A stretch of DNA of 64,000 nucleotides from Octopus bimaculoides (GCF_001194135.2 NC_068989.1:26565646-26629645); one strand, 5' to 3'. Shown: positions 22,216 to 34,492, counted from the first letter of the stretch. Translations and numbers: made by a program. Notes: a model not told the origin generated them from the letters alone.

Positions 22216-25200
22216 TTAGATTCTTGAGCTGATCCAATAATCAGGTCCTCTCGTGTTGCCTTGCATTTTGTGGTTGATCTTTGGGGCGCTTCATTTTATA
22301 TACATTGTTCCTTTTATGAAACTGCAGCAGACAAATGTATTCAAGGTGAAGGCACAACTACTTGTAGCGTATTTTGTGTAGGGAATCATATTTTATTGCA
22401 TGTATGTGTGCATGGAACCTTTTTATCATTCTCCATAGTTTCTCTTGACTCTTTATTGTTATTTGATTTAGAATGGTAGAGCAACAATCGAAAATGAAAA
22501 TAATGTAAATTATTCTGTTAATGATTTACATCAGGAATCATAATGCTTTCAACACAACATCTTTTTACAAATTTATTCCAAGTTGTTATAATTAATAATT
22601 TGGAAAAACGAATCCTTGAATTTACATCAATAAACATTTTCGCAGGCTTTTCAAAAGGATGGTACCTGTTGAAAACTGATAGAAATATCATAAACAGCAT
22701 TCACTAATGTTGTGGTAATATTATAAAAATACAAACGCTAAATATAACTGAATCATTTAAATGCTAAATGAATTGTCTTTCTACAGGCGACGTATTTCTA
22801 AAAATGGACGCATTCCATTAAATATATGAAATATACATCATTGATCTTTAAAAAGACATTTTAGATTACTCTAGAAAATTCGTAATCAACACATAACAAG
22901 CGAATCATTAATGTGAGATATCTATAAAGAACAATACATTGCTTTAAATGACTTTACATTAAATTAACCGTCGTATTCTATAATCGGTGGCCACTAATTG
23001 CTGCCTATATGAAATATATGATATATACGTGTGTGTGGGTGTATGCGTATGTATATGCATGTATATATTTGTATGTATATATAAGTTAACACACATAAAT
23101 ACATACCTCACCCACGAAAACTTTCATATACCCATATACACACAGAAGTGCACATTCTCACAAATGCAGCCACTCACACATATACATTGCGTGACTATGT
23201 GTGTTGCACTTACGTTTGTAATCTCACAACATATACTGTCACCCTGAAGTTTGCTTGATCGAAGCCTTTCGAGCAATGAAAAAACATTGAATCGGGAACG
23301 TAATTATTCAATCATACCTAGTTTCAGTATATCACAAAACTTCTACAAATACAGCAGAACGGAGGATAATTAATATTTGGTTCAATCTGCTATGCGGTAA
23401 TACATGGATCGATCNNNNNNNNNNNNNNNNNNNNNNNNNNNNNNNNNNNNNNNNNNNNNNNNNNNNNNNNNNNNNNNNNNNNNNNNNNNNNNNNNNNNNN
23501 NNNNNNNNNNNNNNNNNNNNNNNNNNNNNNNNNNNNNNNNNNNNNNNNNNNNNNNNNNNNNNNNNNNNNNNNNNNNNNNNNNNNNNNNNNNNNNNNNNNN
23601 NNNNNNNNNNNNNNNNNNNNNNNNNNNNNNNNNNNNNNNNNNNNNNNNNNNNNNNNNNNNNNNNNNNNNNNNNCCGTCTGTCATAAAATTTCTGAAGTTT
23701 TTGAAAGATATCATATTTAATTTTTTTTGTTTTTATTTTCAGTAGAACCTGTAGAAGAGTGTTACTCTATGTACATCCTTATTATTCCTAATGCAAGAAG
23801 GTGCATAAATATTGAGCCTCGTCTATTTAAACGAAATTATATATCGGTTTTACAAAAAGTTTATGCTCTGATTTTACCAAAGTATGATGACTTAGTATTT
23901 TTCACAAATAAGATATTGCATCAAGTCCGCAGGTCACGCAAAACAAATTTTAAACTGACCGTAAAAGACTTCGGCAACGAACACAAAGATAACAATATGA
24001 ATGCCTACAAAGAACGACTTCCCTGGAATACACACCGTTAAAATGGACTGAAAAGCATATATCGAAATACGTTAATCAAAATAATAAATACCAATGCCTA
24101 CGTCTCTTTAACATCTAAAGTAAACATACATGCATACTCAAACAGACACATACTTTGTTCCACAAATTCACGGACATTCATTTATATATACGTGTGTCTC
24201 TATATATCTGTGTATCTGATTTTATGTGCATGCATGTCTAACAGAGAGCTCAGTACCTTGTATTAAACAGGGTAGGCATTATGTAACTGACTGTACTCAA
24301 TGTGCGATTGTGTAACCTTATTTCAGCATAGGAACTTCAGAGCCATGGTAGTTTATGAGTCAGTTACCAGACAAGCAAAAGTATTTGCATGCGTGCAGAG
24401 ACTCAGCATATCAAAGTGATAAATTGGCCTACAATGTTGTTAAGTTCACTGAGAACATATATGTGTTGTAGCATATACGTTGCAATATAACTTTAGGTAT
24501 AGCCAATGTTAATACATCGATCGATATCGAACAATATGAATCTAAAATTTTAAATGCTATTTATTTTATGTTTTTACAGCAGAAGACATTAGCTACCTAC
24601 CAGCATATTAGTATACAACTTTTAATATCTTTCTAAAATAGAGAACTAATTCAGTAATAAATATTTAATGAAATATATGCATGGGAGCGTTGTTTTGCGC
24701 GTGTGAGCGTTTATGTATATATGTATGTATCATAGACAGAGCATTTGTTTTCAAGACAGAATATGTGTATATGTGTGTGCGTGCGTTTGTGAGTGTGTAG
24801 GATGTATGTATTTACATGTGCGTGTGAGTGTGTTTGTGTGTGTGTGTGTGTGTTTCTGTAAAAGGCGTTCCACTTTTATCTCCTTCACTAAGGATGTGAA
24901 AAGTTAAGATATTGCTAATAATTTCCCCCAAACCTAATCTCTTTATGCAAGTTAGTAGCGTATATTGTTTTATGACGTATTTTATTGTCGTAGTTTAGCT
25001 TTCAAATTTTGTAAACACAACGGTGTCTTGCAAAACTCCTTTGATAGATGTCACACCAGTATAGCATGCGGCATTTTACATACGCGTGTACATAAAACCC
25101 CTGATATAAATATATTCTCTTAATCGAAAAACACAAAAAACATAAACGAAAGGACGTACGACTTACTTAAATAAGCTGTGTGCAGGGGCAATTCCCAGGT

Positions 25201-25599
25201 GATTTCATCTTCTCGCAGACAACGGGTCGTCATAGATGTATAGAGGAATAAAGGGGGAAGGAAAACAACATATTATGATCGCAAAATTTAATTGTTTTAT
25301 GACTCAGACATAGAAGACACATCATTAGGTTGGCGGAAATAGAAAAAGTAGAAGCAATATCAGTTTTCATTTTGAAGGTAAGGGAATAACGTGTAAAACA
25401 AAAGAGATTACGAGATTTAAAATGTTTAAAATTTAAAGACTAATTATTGCAAGGATTTTCTAAACATTTTCACGTTATGTAATATAAAAAGAAAAAAGAT
25501 GTAAGCAAAAATATGTAAGCCATCTACTTTAGATCTATTAAGTTTATTCAGTTATGTAAAAACCTTGCAATAATATATCCTGAAAATGTCCATTATGAA

Positions 25600-25662
<63 letters not shown>

Positions 25663-25781
25663 NNNNNNNNNNCATACACACATACACATATACATAGATA
25701 CAACTATATATACATACATGCGCATGTATACAGACACATATGTGGATAGATAGATATGACTGGTGTGTATTAATGTATCAC

Positions 25782-25861
<80 letters not shown>

Positions 25862-26308
25862 ATACGTTTGTATGTATGTATCTGTGTGTGTAGATATATA
25901 TGTACTCATATATATGTAGATATTTTCTTATTTGGTTGCTAGTCTACATTGATATAGATTTGCAAGTTTACATATATCAGCATATAGTTCAACATACATG
26001 AATCCCAATGTAGGAGCAAATGAATCACCTCATTCAATTGTGGCCTTCAAAGCGTAAGCTATTTCTTTACACACAAGGAAATATAAACGTAATTTTGCTG
26101 GCTACAATTTTTTTAAGGATAATAATTGGAATTATAAATAGCGCTATTAACAGAAGGCCCAACTGGTTTGCTAAATGGATTACTTCGTAGATAGTATTCA
26201 TTAAATTGAAGTAGCTCATGGTATGGTAATTAGAATATAATTTAATCACCGACTCTAATATAGATACATGCACACGTACTGAGATATACATATATATACG
26301 TATGTATA

Positions 26309-26340
<32 letters not shown>

Positions 26341-26949
26341 NNNNNNNNNNNNNNNNNNNNNNNNNNNNNNNNNNNNNNNNNNNNNNNNNNNNNNNNNNNN
26401 NNNNNNNNNNNNNNNNNNNNNNNNNNNNNNNNNNNNNNNNNNNNNNNNNNNNNNNNNNNNNNNNNNNNNNNNNNNNNNNNNNNNNNNNNNNNNNNNNNNN
26501 NNNNNNNNNNNNNNNNNNNNNNNNNNNNNNNNNNNNNNNNNNNNNNNNNNNNNNNNNNNNNNNNNNNNNNNNNNNNNNNNNNNNNNNNNNNNNNNNNNNN
26601 NNNNNNNNNNNNNNNNNNNNNNNNNNNNNNNNNNNNNNNNNNNNNNNNNNNNNNNNNNNNNNNNNNNNNNNNNNNNNNNNNNNNNNNNNNNNNNNNNNNN
26701 NNNNNNNNNNNNNNNNNNNNNNNNNNNNNNNNNNNNNNNNNNNNNNNNNNNNNNNNNNNNNNNNNNNNNNNNNNNNNNNNNNNNNNNNNNNNNNNNNNNN
26801 NNNNNNNNNNNNNNNNNNNNNNNNNNNNNNNNNNNNNNNNNNNNNNNNNNNNNNNNNNNNNNNNNNNNNNNNNNNNNNNNNNNNNNNNNATATATATATA
26901 TATAAAGAATCTCTGAGCGAGGTAAAAACAGCAGCTGCATGATATCGTG

Positions 26950-27115
26950 AAGCATATTTGCTACCTAAATGTGGCTAACCTGTAAGGGTTGATGCTACTG
27001 TAGCTTTAGCCCCAGGAAGACATCTCCTCCAGCTGGTTTTTGACACACTTTCTCTGCCCTATCAGTATTTGCAAGTTCCCAAATTTGAAGCCAATCAGTT
27101 GGGTATTTCATCAGT
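26950..27115 (-). mobile_element. Copy of the ~200-nt hammerhead-associated module (pLTR-like)
   Basis: taaatgtggct..gatgctactgtagctttagccccaggaagacatctcctccagctgg..gacacac closely matches 30984-31067. Confidence 0.75.
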
Positions 27116-28723
27116 GAGAACTTCAATTATAGGCTAATTAGATTTCAATAAAAATCTATAATGGACCCCCTTGGTGGGGTTGGGGTTGTATTTGATAAAA
27201 TCGGAAGGTTGCAAAGTGTGGTGGAATAGTGACTGTGACTGGTATCAGGAAAGGGGGGAACAAATGTGTGTAAGCGACAAATTTAGAATAGCAGTGGTAC
27301 AGTAACGATAATACAGCTAACAATCAGGGATATACACGTGATGTTGCATACATACTTTCGTAAATACACACACACACACACATATCTGTCAGTCAAACAG
27401 TGACCAACAGCAGAATGTATAGTCAAGTCTACTGGGTGTCTGAGAATATATGCCTAGGTTGTGAATAAAAGTGTAAAGCGGCCGTGGCCATTTGCGTGGA
27501 GATTGCGTTTTATTGATTAATTTTCAGTCATCATCAACCAATGAGCGATAGTTTGGCGTGGCGCTGTCTTCGTGTGTGCTTCTTCTGTTTGACGTATTGA
27601 AGTGGAAGATGAAGCTAATGGGTGTACGTCTGTATGTATGTGTGTGCGTTTGTCCTTGTTAGTGTGTGTGTGCGCGTGCGCTTGTTCTTGTGTGTGTGTG
27701 CCTGCTTGTTCTTGTGTGTGTTAGTGTGCATGAGCGTGATCTGTTTTTATGTATTTATATGTGTGGAGTAAGCTACCGGGATTACGTGTGTGTGTGTGTT
27801 TGTGTATGTGTACGTGTGTATGTGTGTGTGTGTGCGCATGTGTGCGTCTGTATGTGCAACTGTCTTTTGTTTTTATGTATTTATGTGTGTGGAATGTAGA
27901 TATAACAAGACGATGTCGCATTTTATACTTGAGAAAAGCCTTGCATATTTGCTCTTACTTGATTCACACACTCACAAGAACAAGTACGTACACACACACA
28001 TACATACACTGACACAAGAACAAGCACGCAACACACACATACAAACCTGCATCCATTAGCTGCCACACCATTAGGAGAAACACGGTATATATGTAAAATT
28101 TTATAGGCGTTGCCTGAAAAAGCTGGGAAAAAGAACTGAAACATGTGCACACACAAAAGGATTACAGAATGTCATAATAATAAACTTTAAAAAGTATGGG
28201 ATCAGCATTGTTGCTGAAAAATATTGTAATCATTATACGTTGTAAATTCTGTGGCATCAATTTTCTCTCAAGAAATTTGTTTGATTCGTCGAAATTAAAT
28301 TATATTAAATATTAATTGTGTTGAATTGTCGTATACTCAATTTCAATAGAAAAATTATATAAAAATACTAATGTTATCTTTAAGCAATACTTCAATTTTA
28401 TGAATGATATTTTTTATAAATTTAGAAGTAATCAATCCAAATTAATTTAGTAATAATTTGTTTAATTCGCATAACTATTCCCTTAATATGTGTATCATAA
28501 TGGGAATTATCTTTGCTTATATTTCGGTTTCGTACTTTCGCTGTTATATAGATTTGATTTCATCATAAATTCAGTTTTTTTTTTTTATTATTATCATGGT
28601 AATTTGCACACAGTGTGAAATATGATTTTTATATACTTTGCTATGAAGAGTATTATAATTATTTACTTATTCGCAGTTAAAGATCATATTTTGTACATTT
28701 TCAAATTGTATATTAAGAACTCG

Positions 28724-29109
28724 GTGGAGGCGCAATGGCCCAGTGGTATGGGCAGCGGACTCGCGATCATAGGATCGCGGTTTCGATTCCCAGACCGGGT
28801 GTTGTGAGTGTTTATCGAGCGAAAACACCTAAAGCTTCACCAGGCTCCGGCAGGGGATGGTGGCGAACCCTGCTGTACTCTTTCACCACAACTTTCTCTC
28901 ACTCTTACTTCCTGTTTCTTTTGTGCCTGTAATTCAAAGGGTCAGCCGTGTCACACTCTGTCACGCTGAATATCCCCGAGAACTACGTTAAGGGTACACC
29001 TGTCTGTGGAGTACTCACCCAACTGCACGTTAATTTCACAAGCAGGTTGTTCCGTTGATCGGATCAACTGGAACCATCGACGTCGAAAGCGACGGAGTGC
29101 CAACAACAA
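28724..29109 (+). mobile_element. Full-length tRNA-derived SINE family 2 with target-site duplication
   Basis: A-box TGGCCCAGTGG, B-box GGTTTCGATTCC, (CAA)n tail; flanks attaagaactcg (28712-28723) and attaagagctcg (29112-29123) form a 12-bp TSD with 1 mismatch. Confidence 0.9.
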
Positions 29110-29899
29110 AAATTAAGAGCTCGATTTAATAATTATCGAGACATCATACTTCACACATAAGTCTCTTTTTGCATTAAGATGACACAGTATGTGCAGCATA
29201 TAGTCATAACTATTTTTTTGAGCAAAAATACTAATGAATTATTGCGTAAAGATGACTTCAGTATTTCTACAAAATTGTTTTGTTAAAACTGAGTATACGG
29301 AAATTTAACATAATTAATTCTTAATATAACATAATTTGGATGAGCTAAACAAATGTCTTCTGATAAAAGGATGCCACACAATGTACAATATATAGTAATT
29401 CCAAAATATTTGAGCAACAATGCTAGACTCATATTTTTAAGGTTTATTATGAAATTATGTAATCCATTCGAACCTGCGCATTTTTCAATTCTAGGATATA
29501 TATATATATATATATATATATACGGACACACACACACATATATATACACACACATATACATATATATCTATATATACACACGCACACACATATATGTATC
29601 TTATATGATATATGTACATACATACATATATATGTGTGTGTGTGTGTGTGTGTGCGTGCGTGCGTGTGTATTTGTTTTGCAAGATTCTTGATGTGAAATC
29701 GTGTGTTGAAACAGATATTATTATGTTTGGGGATGGTCATCTTGCCAGTTTAGCCAATAAAAACACACGCACTATATATTTGGTGTTAATTTGCTTCAGC
29801 TTTATATTACATTAATCGTATTTTAGCCGGAGTTATTTTGTCACACTCCTATTTAGATTGACATATGACAAGGTATATCTAGATAAACATGACCTTAGA

Positions 29900-30557
29900 A
29901 GTTTCTGCCCTAGTAGACGTTTAAGAGGTAAACCACCCACAATTACTTCTATGGCAAGGAAGACGCCTATAGAGAGATGGGGCGGGTGGATCAGAGCCAT
30001 ACAGATCCCCGCAAATGATCATGAGGTAAAGAAATGATCGCACATGCACTAGGAGCTAGTATAAGAGTTACCCTAAAAGGCCACACGTTTAAGTTTAACA
30101 GCAACATATACGCCCAGGACGGGGGCAGCCATCGGTGTTAGTATCGCCGGTGATGTGCCCAACCTCTTCATGGTGTGGTGGGACAGAAGGCTTAAGGAGC
30201 GCCTGACAGAACGCCTGACACAGAACTCCATACTTCTGAATATGTACTCTCGACATGTCAAAGGTATCAACGTAGTGGTAAAGACCCCCCCCCCACCAAG
30301 AGCGTACTCTTGAAATAGAAATAGAAACTAATACTATTGAGAGCAACCAGCAAATAGCTGCGAATAATAAAACCTGAAACCTTCATTCACACTATGGTAA
30401 ACGTATGACCTCAAAATACCTGATCCACTAGAACTCAGCTATCGCGGACAATGCCAAATTCAATATATTGGTAGCAGACCTCGTCAGAGTAATGCGAAAT
30501 GTGTCCCGCATGTACGACCCTACAGAGTTAAAGAGACACATACAACATTTCGTTTAC
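29900..30557 (+). mobile_element. PLE RT relic (same lineage as 53045-53931)
   Basis: KEMIAHALGASIRVTLKGHTFKFNSNIYAQ / GAAIGVSIAGDVPNLFMVWWDRRLKERL and KFNILVADLVRVMRNVSRMY..RHIQHFV, the latter paralleling INILIADLVRIMKNI..RHIQDFI at about 53120-53220. Confidence 0.85.
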
Positions 30558-30964
30558 NNNNNNNNNNNNNNNNNNNNNNNNNNNNNNNNNNNNNNNNNNN
30601 NNNNNNNNNNNNNNNNNNNNNNNNNNNNNNNNNNNNNNNNNNNNNNNNNNNNNNNNNNNNNNNNNNNNNNNNNNNNNNNNNNNNNNNNNNNNNNNNNNNN
30701 NNNNNNNNNNNNNNNNNNNNNNNNNNNNNNNNNNNNNNNNNNNNNNNNNNNNNNNNNNNNNNNNNNNNNNNNNNNNNNNNNNNNNNNNNNNNNNNNNNNN
30801 NNNNNNNNNNNNNNNNNNNNNNNNNNNNNNNNNNNNNNNNNNNNNNNNNNNNNNNNNNNNNNNNNNNNNNNNNNNNNNNNNNNNNNNNNNNNNNNNNNNN
30901 NNNNNNNNNNNNNNNNNNNNNNNNNNNNNNNNNNNNNNNNNNNNNNNNNNNNNNNNNNNNNNNN

Positions 30965-31200
30965 AGTGAAGTATATTGCCACTTAAATGTGGCTGACCGC
31001 TAGGGGTGGATGTTACTGTTGCTTTTAGCCCCCGGAGGACATCTCCTCCAGCTGGCTTATCGACACACTTCTGTGTCCTGTTTGTTTTGCCAAGGGAAGT
31101 TATCCCTCTCATCGTGATCTGTAGCACGAACGGACCCGGGTTTCAGGGATATTTCCCTTCGTCAGCGTCCGATAGTCACTGATCGGCGATGACAGAGATA
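30965..31200 (-). mobile_element. Best-preserved copy of the hammerhead-headed ~200-nt module (solo pLTR or retrozyme-like)
   Basis: Minus strand: hammerhead, then ...gacacagaagtgtgtcgataagccagctggaggagatgtcc...cagccacatttaagtggcaatatacttcact; homologous to five other loci in the window. Confidence 0.75.
31128..31170 (-). ncRNA. Minimal type-I hammerhead ribozyme with canonical core
   Basis: GGACG CUGACGA AGGGA-AAUA-UCCCU GAAA CCCGGGU C CGUUC: stem I GGACG/CGUUC (1 G-U), core CUGANGA, 5-bp stem II, GAAA, palindromic stem III ACCCGGGU, GUC triplet. Confidence 0.85.
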
Positions 31201-31488
31201 AATTCTTGGCAACCTTATGTACCTTTTTCCAGTGAAATTCTTCACTGATATCGAAAAAGTGAAAACAAGCAATGTTAATTCTCTAAATTAGGTATTAACA
31301 GTAACTGCACGATAAAGTGAAGTATATTGCCACTTAAATGTGTCGATAAGCCAGCTGGAATTAAGGTCAAGGTATTAAAGAAATATATCTATTCTATAGT
31401 ATATTTAGAATAATACAAGGAAACACTAAAGTACTAAGTTTAAAACTATAGGGAACATTAATAAGTAAATTAGAACAAGATAAATATA

Positions 31489-31754
31489 CAGGGATTAGCA
31501 TTGAGTTGCTTCTCCAATATTTGGACTGAAGATTGGAATAGTGAAATTTTCATTCGCTTAACCATGAAACGATTCGTATCCAATTAACTAAAGACTTGTT
31601 TTGTTTACGCTTTTCCCTCCGGTTTTTTGTTCTATGTGTGCCATAAATATCGCCATCCGTTTAGAGAAAAATTTGTAGTTTAGAATCAGTAGTTCTTTGA
31701 CTGCTATTTCTAAATTTTCAGTATGTTGGAGAAGCAACTCAATGCTAATCCCTG
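31489..31754. mobile_element. 266-bp MITE, Tc1/mariner type
   Basis: Perfect 29-bp TIRs cagggattagcattgagttgcttctccaa (31489-31517 / 31726-31754), TA on both flanks, CAG...CTG ends. Confidence 0.85.
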
Positions 31755-31870
31755 TATATTTATGATGATAAATGGTTTTACCGATAAAGGTTTTTTCATA
31801 CTGAACTACTTGGCAAACTTGTTAATTATTAATTCTATTATTAATTGACGATTCCCTGCCCTTATTCTTG

Positions 31871-31908
<38 letters not shown>

Positions 31909-32145
31909 ATAATATAGATTTAATCAAAATATTAAATGTGGTACTTAAAATGTTTGGGGCACNNNNNNNNNNNNNNNNNNNNNNNNNNNNNNNNNNNNNN
32001 NNNNNNNNNNNNNNNNNNNNNNNNNNNNNNNNNNNNNNNNNNNNNNNNNNNNNNNNNNNNNNNNNNNNNNNNNNNNNNNNNNNNNNNNNNNNNNNNNNNN
32101 NNNNNNNNNNNNNNNNNNNNNNNNNNNNNNNNNNNNNNNNNNNNN

Positions 32146-32501
32146 CAATATTTGGACTGAAGATTGGAATAGTGAAATTTTCATTCGCTTAACCATGAAA
32201 CGATTCGTATCCAATTAACTAAAGACTTGTTTTGTTTACGCTTTTCCCTCCGGTTTTTTGTTCTATGTGTGCCATAAATATCGCCATCCGTTTAGAGAAA
32301 AATTTGTAGTTTAGAATCAGTAGTTCTTTGACTGCTATTTCTAAATTTTCAGTATGTTGGAGAAGCAACTCAATGCTAATCCCTGTATATTTATGATGAT
32401 AAATGGTTTTACCGATAAAGGTTTTTTCATACTGAACTACTTGGCAAACTTGTTAATTATTAATTCTATTATTAATTGACGATTCCCTGCCCTTATTCTT
32501 G

Positions 32502-32539
<38 letters not shown>

Positions 32540-32592
32540 ATAATATAGATTTAATCAAAATATTAAATGTGGTACTTAAAATGTTTGGGGCA
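32146..32592 (+). other. Probable assembly-overlap duplicate of 31516-31962 across an N-gap
   Basis: About 450 bp apparently identical; one copy ends at the gap and the other starts at it. Confidence 0.8.
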
Positions 32593-32674
32593 CCATTTCG
32601 ATAAAATAATGTGTTGTAAGATATTTTCCTTTGTGTAGCTTCGTGTTTTCTTTGACAAGATCATATTTAATCTA

Positions 32675-33254
32675 GCTAAATGCACCAGAATACGATCCGC
32701 ACAAAATTCTGTTGAAGCATTTGTTATAAAGACATATGTACTCTTGAATGATTTGATAGAAATAACTAATGAAATAAGTCATACTTTCACATTGTCGTGT
32801 TTTGCATGCAATCCAAATATTTTCCAGCATATATATTAACGATGTCATTCCAGGCATTTTGTGCTCATTTATTTTTCTGGCACAATGTATCACTAATCCG
32901 ATCATTCATTCCCTGTATTTGGCTCAATAACATAAATGTAACATGGATAATGAAAACATCTGCTCCAATTAAATAAAGTGACTGTTGTACTTGAAAGAAA
33001 TGTCTTATTGTAAAGCATCAAAATGGTATCGGAAGCCTAATGATGAAATTCTTGTGAAGGCATACGAATAAATATCTTTTAAATGGTACCTTTAAATTAC
33101 AAAGGAAAAAATTTGGATTGCATGTAAAACACACGAATATGAATTTATGACCTATCACATTAGTTATTTCTATAAAATCATTCAAGAGTACTAGTGTTTT
33201 TATAACTGATGCTTGAACAGAAATTTGTGCGGACCGATTTCTGCTGCATTTAGC
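32675..33254. mobile_element. 580-bp MITE with long (about 160 bp) diverged TIRs and TA flanks
   Basis: ta|gctaaatgcaccagaa ... ttctgctgcatttagc|ta; the arms share tttggattgcatg, cattagttatttctat, aatcattcaagagtac and gaacagaa(a/t)tttgtgcgga in inverted orientation. Confidence 0.8.
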
Positions 33255-33449
33255 TATATGAAATATGATCCTGTCAAAGAAAACACGATGCTACACAAAT
33301 GGAAATATCTTGAAACACATTATCGTTATCGAAATGGAATATTATGAGCTCATACTTTATACACTCTGAAAAAAATCGAACTAATTTGTGTAGTTTGGAG
33401 AATACGACAATCGCGCACTTTTATGCTAGTTATTACAGTTACGATATAT

Positions 33450-33618
33450 AGGTATTGTGGCTTTGAGGTAAGAAGCTTGCTTCCCATCCACGTGGCTCCG
33501 GGTTCAATCCCACTGCGTGGTACCTTGGACAAGTGTTCTCTACTATAATCTTATACCGACTGAAGCCTTGTGAGTGGATTTGCTAGACATAAACTGAAAG
33601 AATCCCTTCATGCATAAA

Positions 33619-33672
<54 letters not shown>

Positions 33673-33895
33673 GTGTGTGTGTGTATCTGTGTCTGTCTAT
33701 GTGTATGAGTGTCTGTGTTTCTTTCCGGCTCCACAACTTGACAACCGCTGTTGGTGTGTGTATACTCCTGTAACCCAATGGTTCGGCAAAAGTGGTCGAT
33801 AGAGTAGGTGCCGGACTTAAAAACGTACTGGAGTCTATACATTCGACAATAAATCCGCAAGGCGGTGCACCAGCATGGCCGTAGTCTAATGACGT
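33450..33895 (+). mobile_element. SINE family 1, near full length with internal (TA)n/(TG)n
   Basis: tRNA-like head (gggttcaatccc), ccttggacaagtgt, microsatellite 33620-33700, 3' half ending ccagcatggccgtagtctaatgac. Confidence 0.85.
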
Positions 33896-33902
33896 ATACA
33901 TA

Positions 33903-34450
33903 CACAGACATGCAGGAAGTAAATAGACACCTTTAATTTTCAAATTTTCTAATCTAAGCGTCTTAATATGTTTTCAGCGGTGTAATTCCAAATGCCATTC
34001 TATAAAGCATTTGCTTAGAGTAACCATGTCACGCACAAACAATTCAGGAGAACTGTCAGATTTTCAAAGTGGTCTATTTTTTGGGCAATCCGAGGCTGGT
34101 CTTAGCTAGCGAAAAATTGCCGAAATTCTTCAAATTCCTCTTGCTACTGTTAATAAAATTATAGTGCAATTCAAAAGCCAAGGAAAAGAATCAACAGATT
34201 CTCGTTCCGGCCGACCTGGGCCCTCGGAAGGGAAGCTTCGCTGTTTGAAGAGAATTGTGGAAAACGTACCCCGTTCCAAGACTTCTGGTTTTGCAAAACA
34301 GGTAGACGTTAGTCCAAGAACGTGTGTTACATATCTGCATAAACTTGGGGATTATGGACGAGCAGCTAGAAGAAAACCTCTCCTTCAACTAATTAATATC
34401 AAATAAATGATTTGGAAATTAAAGGTGTCTATTTTTACTTCCTGCATGTC

Positions 34451-34454
<4 letters not shown>
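33903..34454 (+). mobile_element. Internally deleted Tc1-like transposon with both TIRs and the N-terminal HTH coding region
   Basis: TIRs of about 45 bp (33903-33945 / 34410-34454, cacagacatgcaggaagtaaa..tagacacctttaattt); left flank TA, right flank CA. Encodes [58 protein letters not shown]; no DDE domain. Confidence 0.88.

Positions 34455-34492
<38 letters not shown>

Noticed and set aside
27085-27114. CUGAUGA plus a CCAA/UUGG hairpin at the head of the 27-kb module copy
   Set aside because: No GAAA follows and the spacing to the body is shorter than in other copies; not counted as a ribozyme.
28724-28795. tRNA-like sequences here and at 13472, 37607, 38881, 41213 and 51421
   Set aside because: They have A and B boxes but no complete cloverleaf and continue into SINE bodies, so they are SINE heads, not tRNA genes.
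31526-31552. CTGAAGA...GAAA inside the MITE
   Set aside because: Stems I and III cannot form.
31516-32592. Apparent 450-bp tandem duplication (also 35700-35757 / 36010-36061)
   Set aside because: Identical copies abut an N-gap on either side, typical of unmerged contig overlaps.
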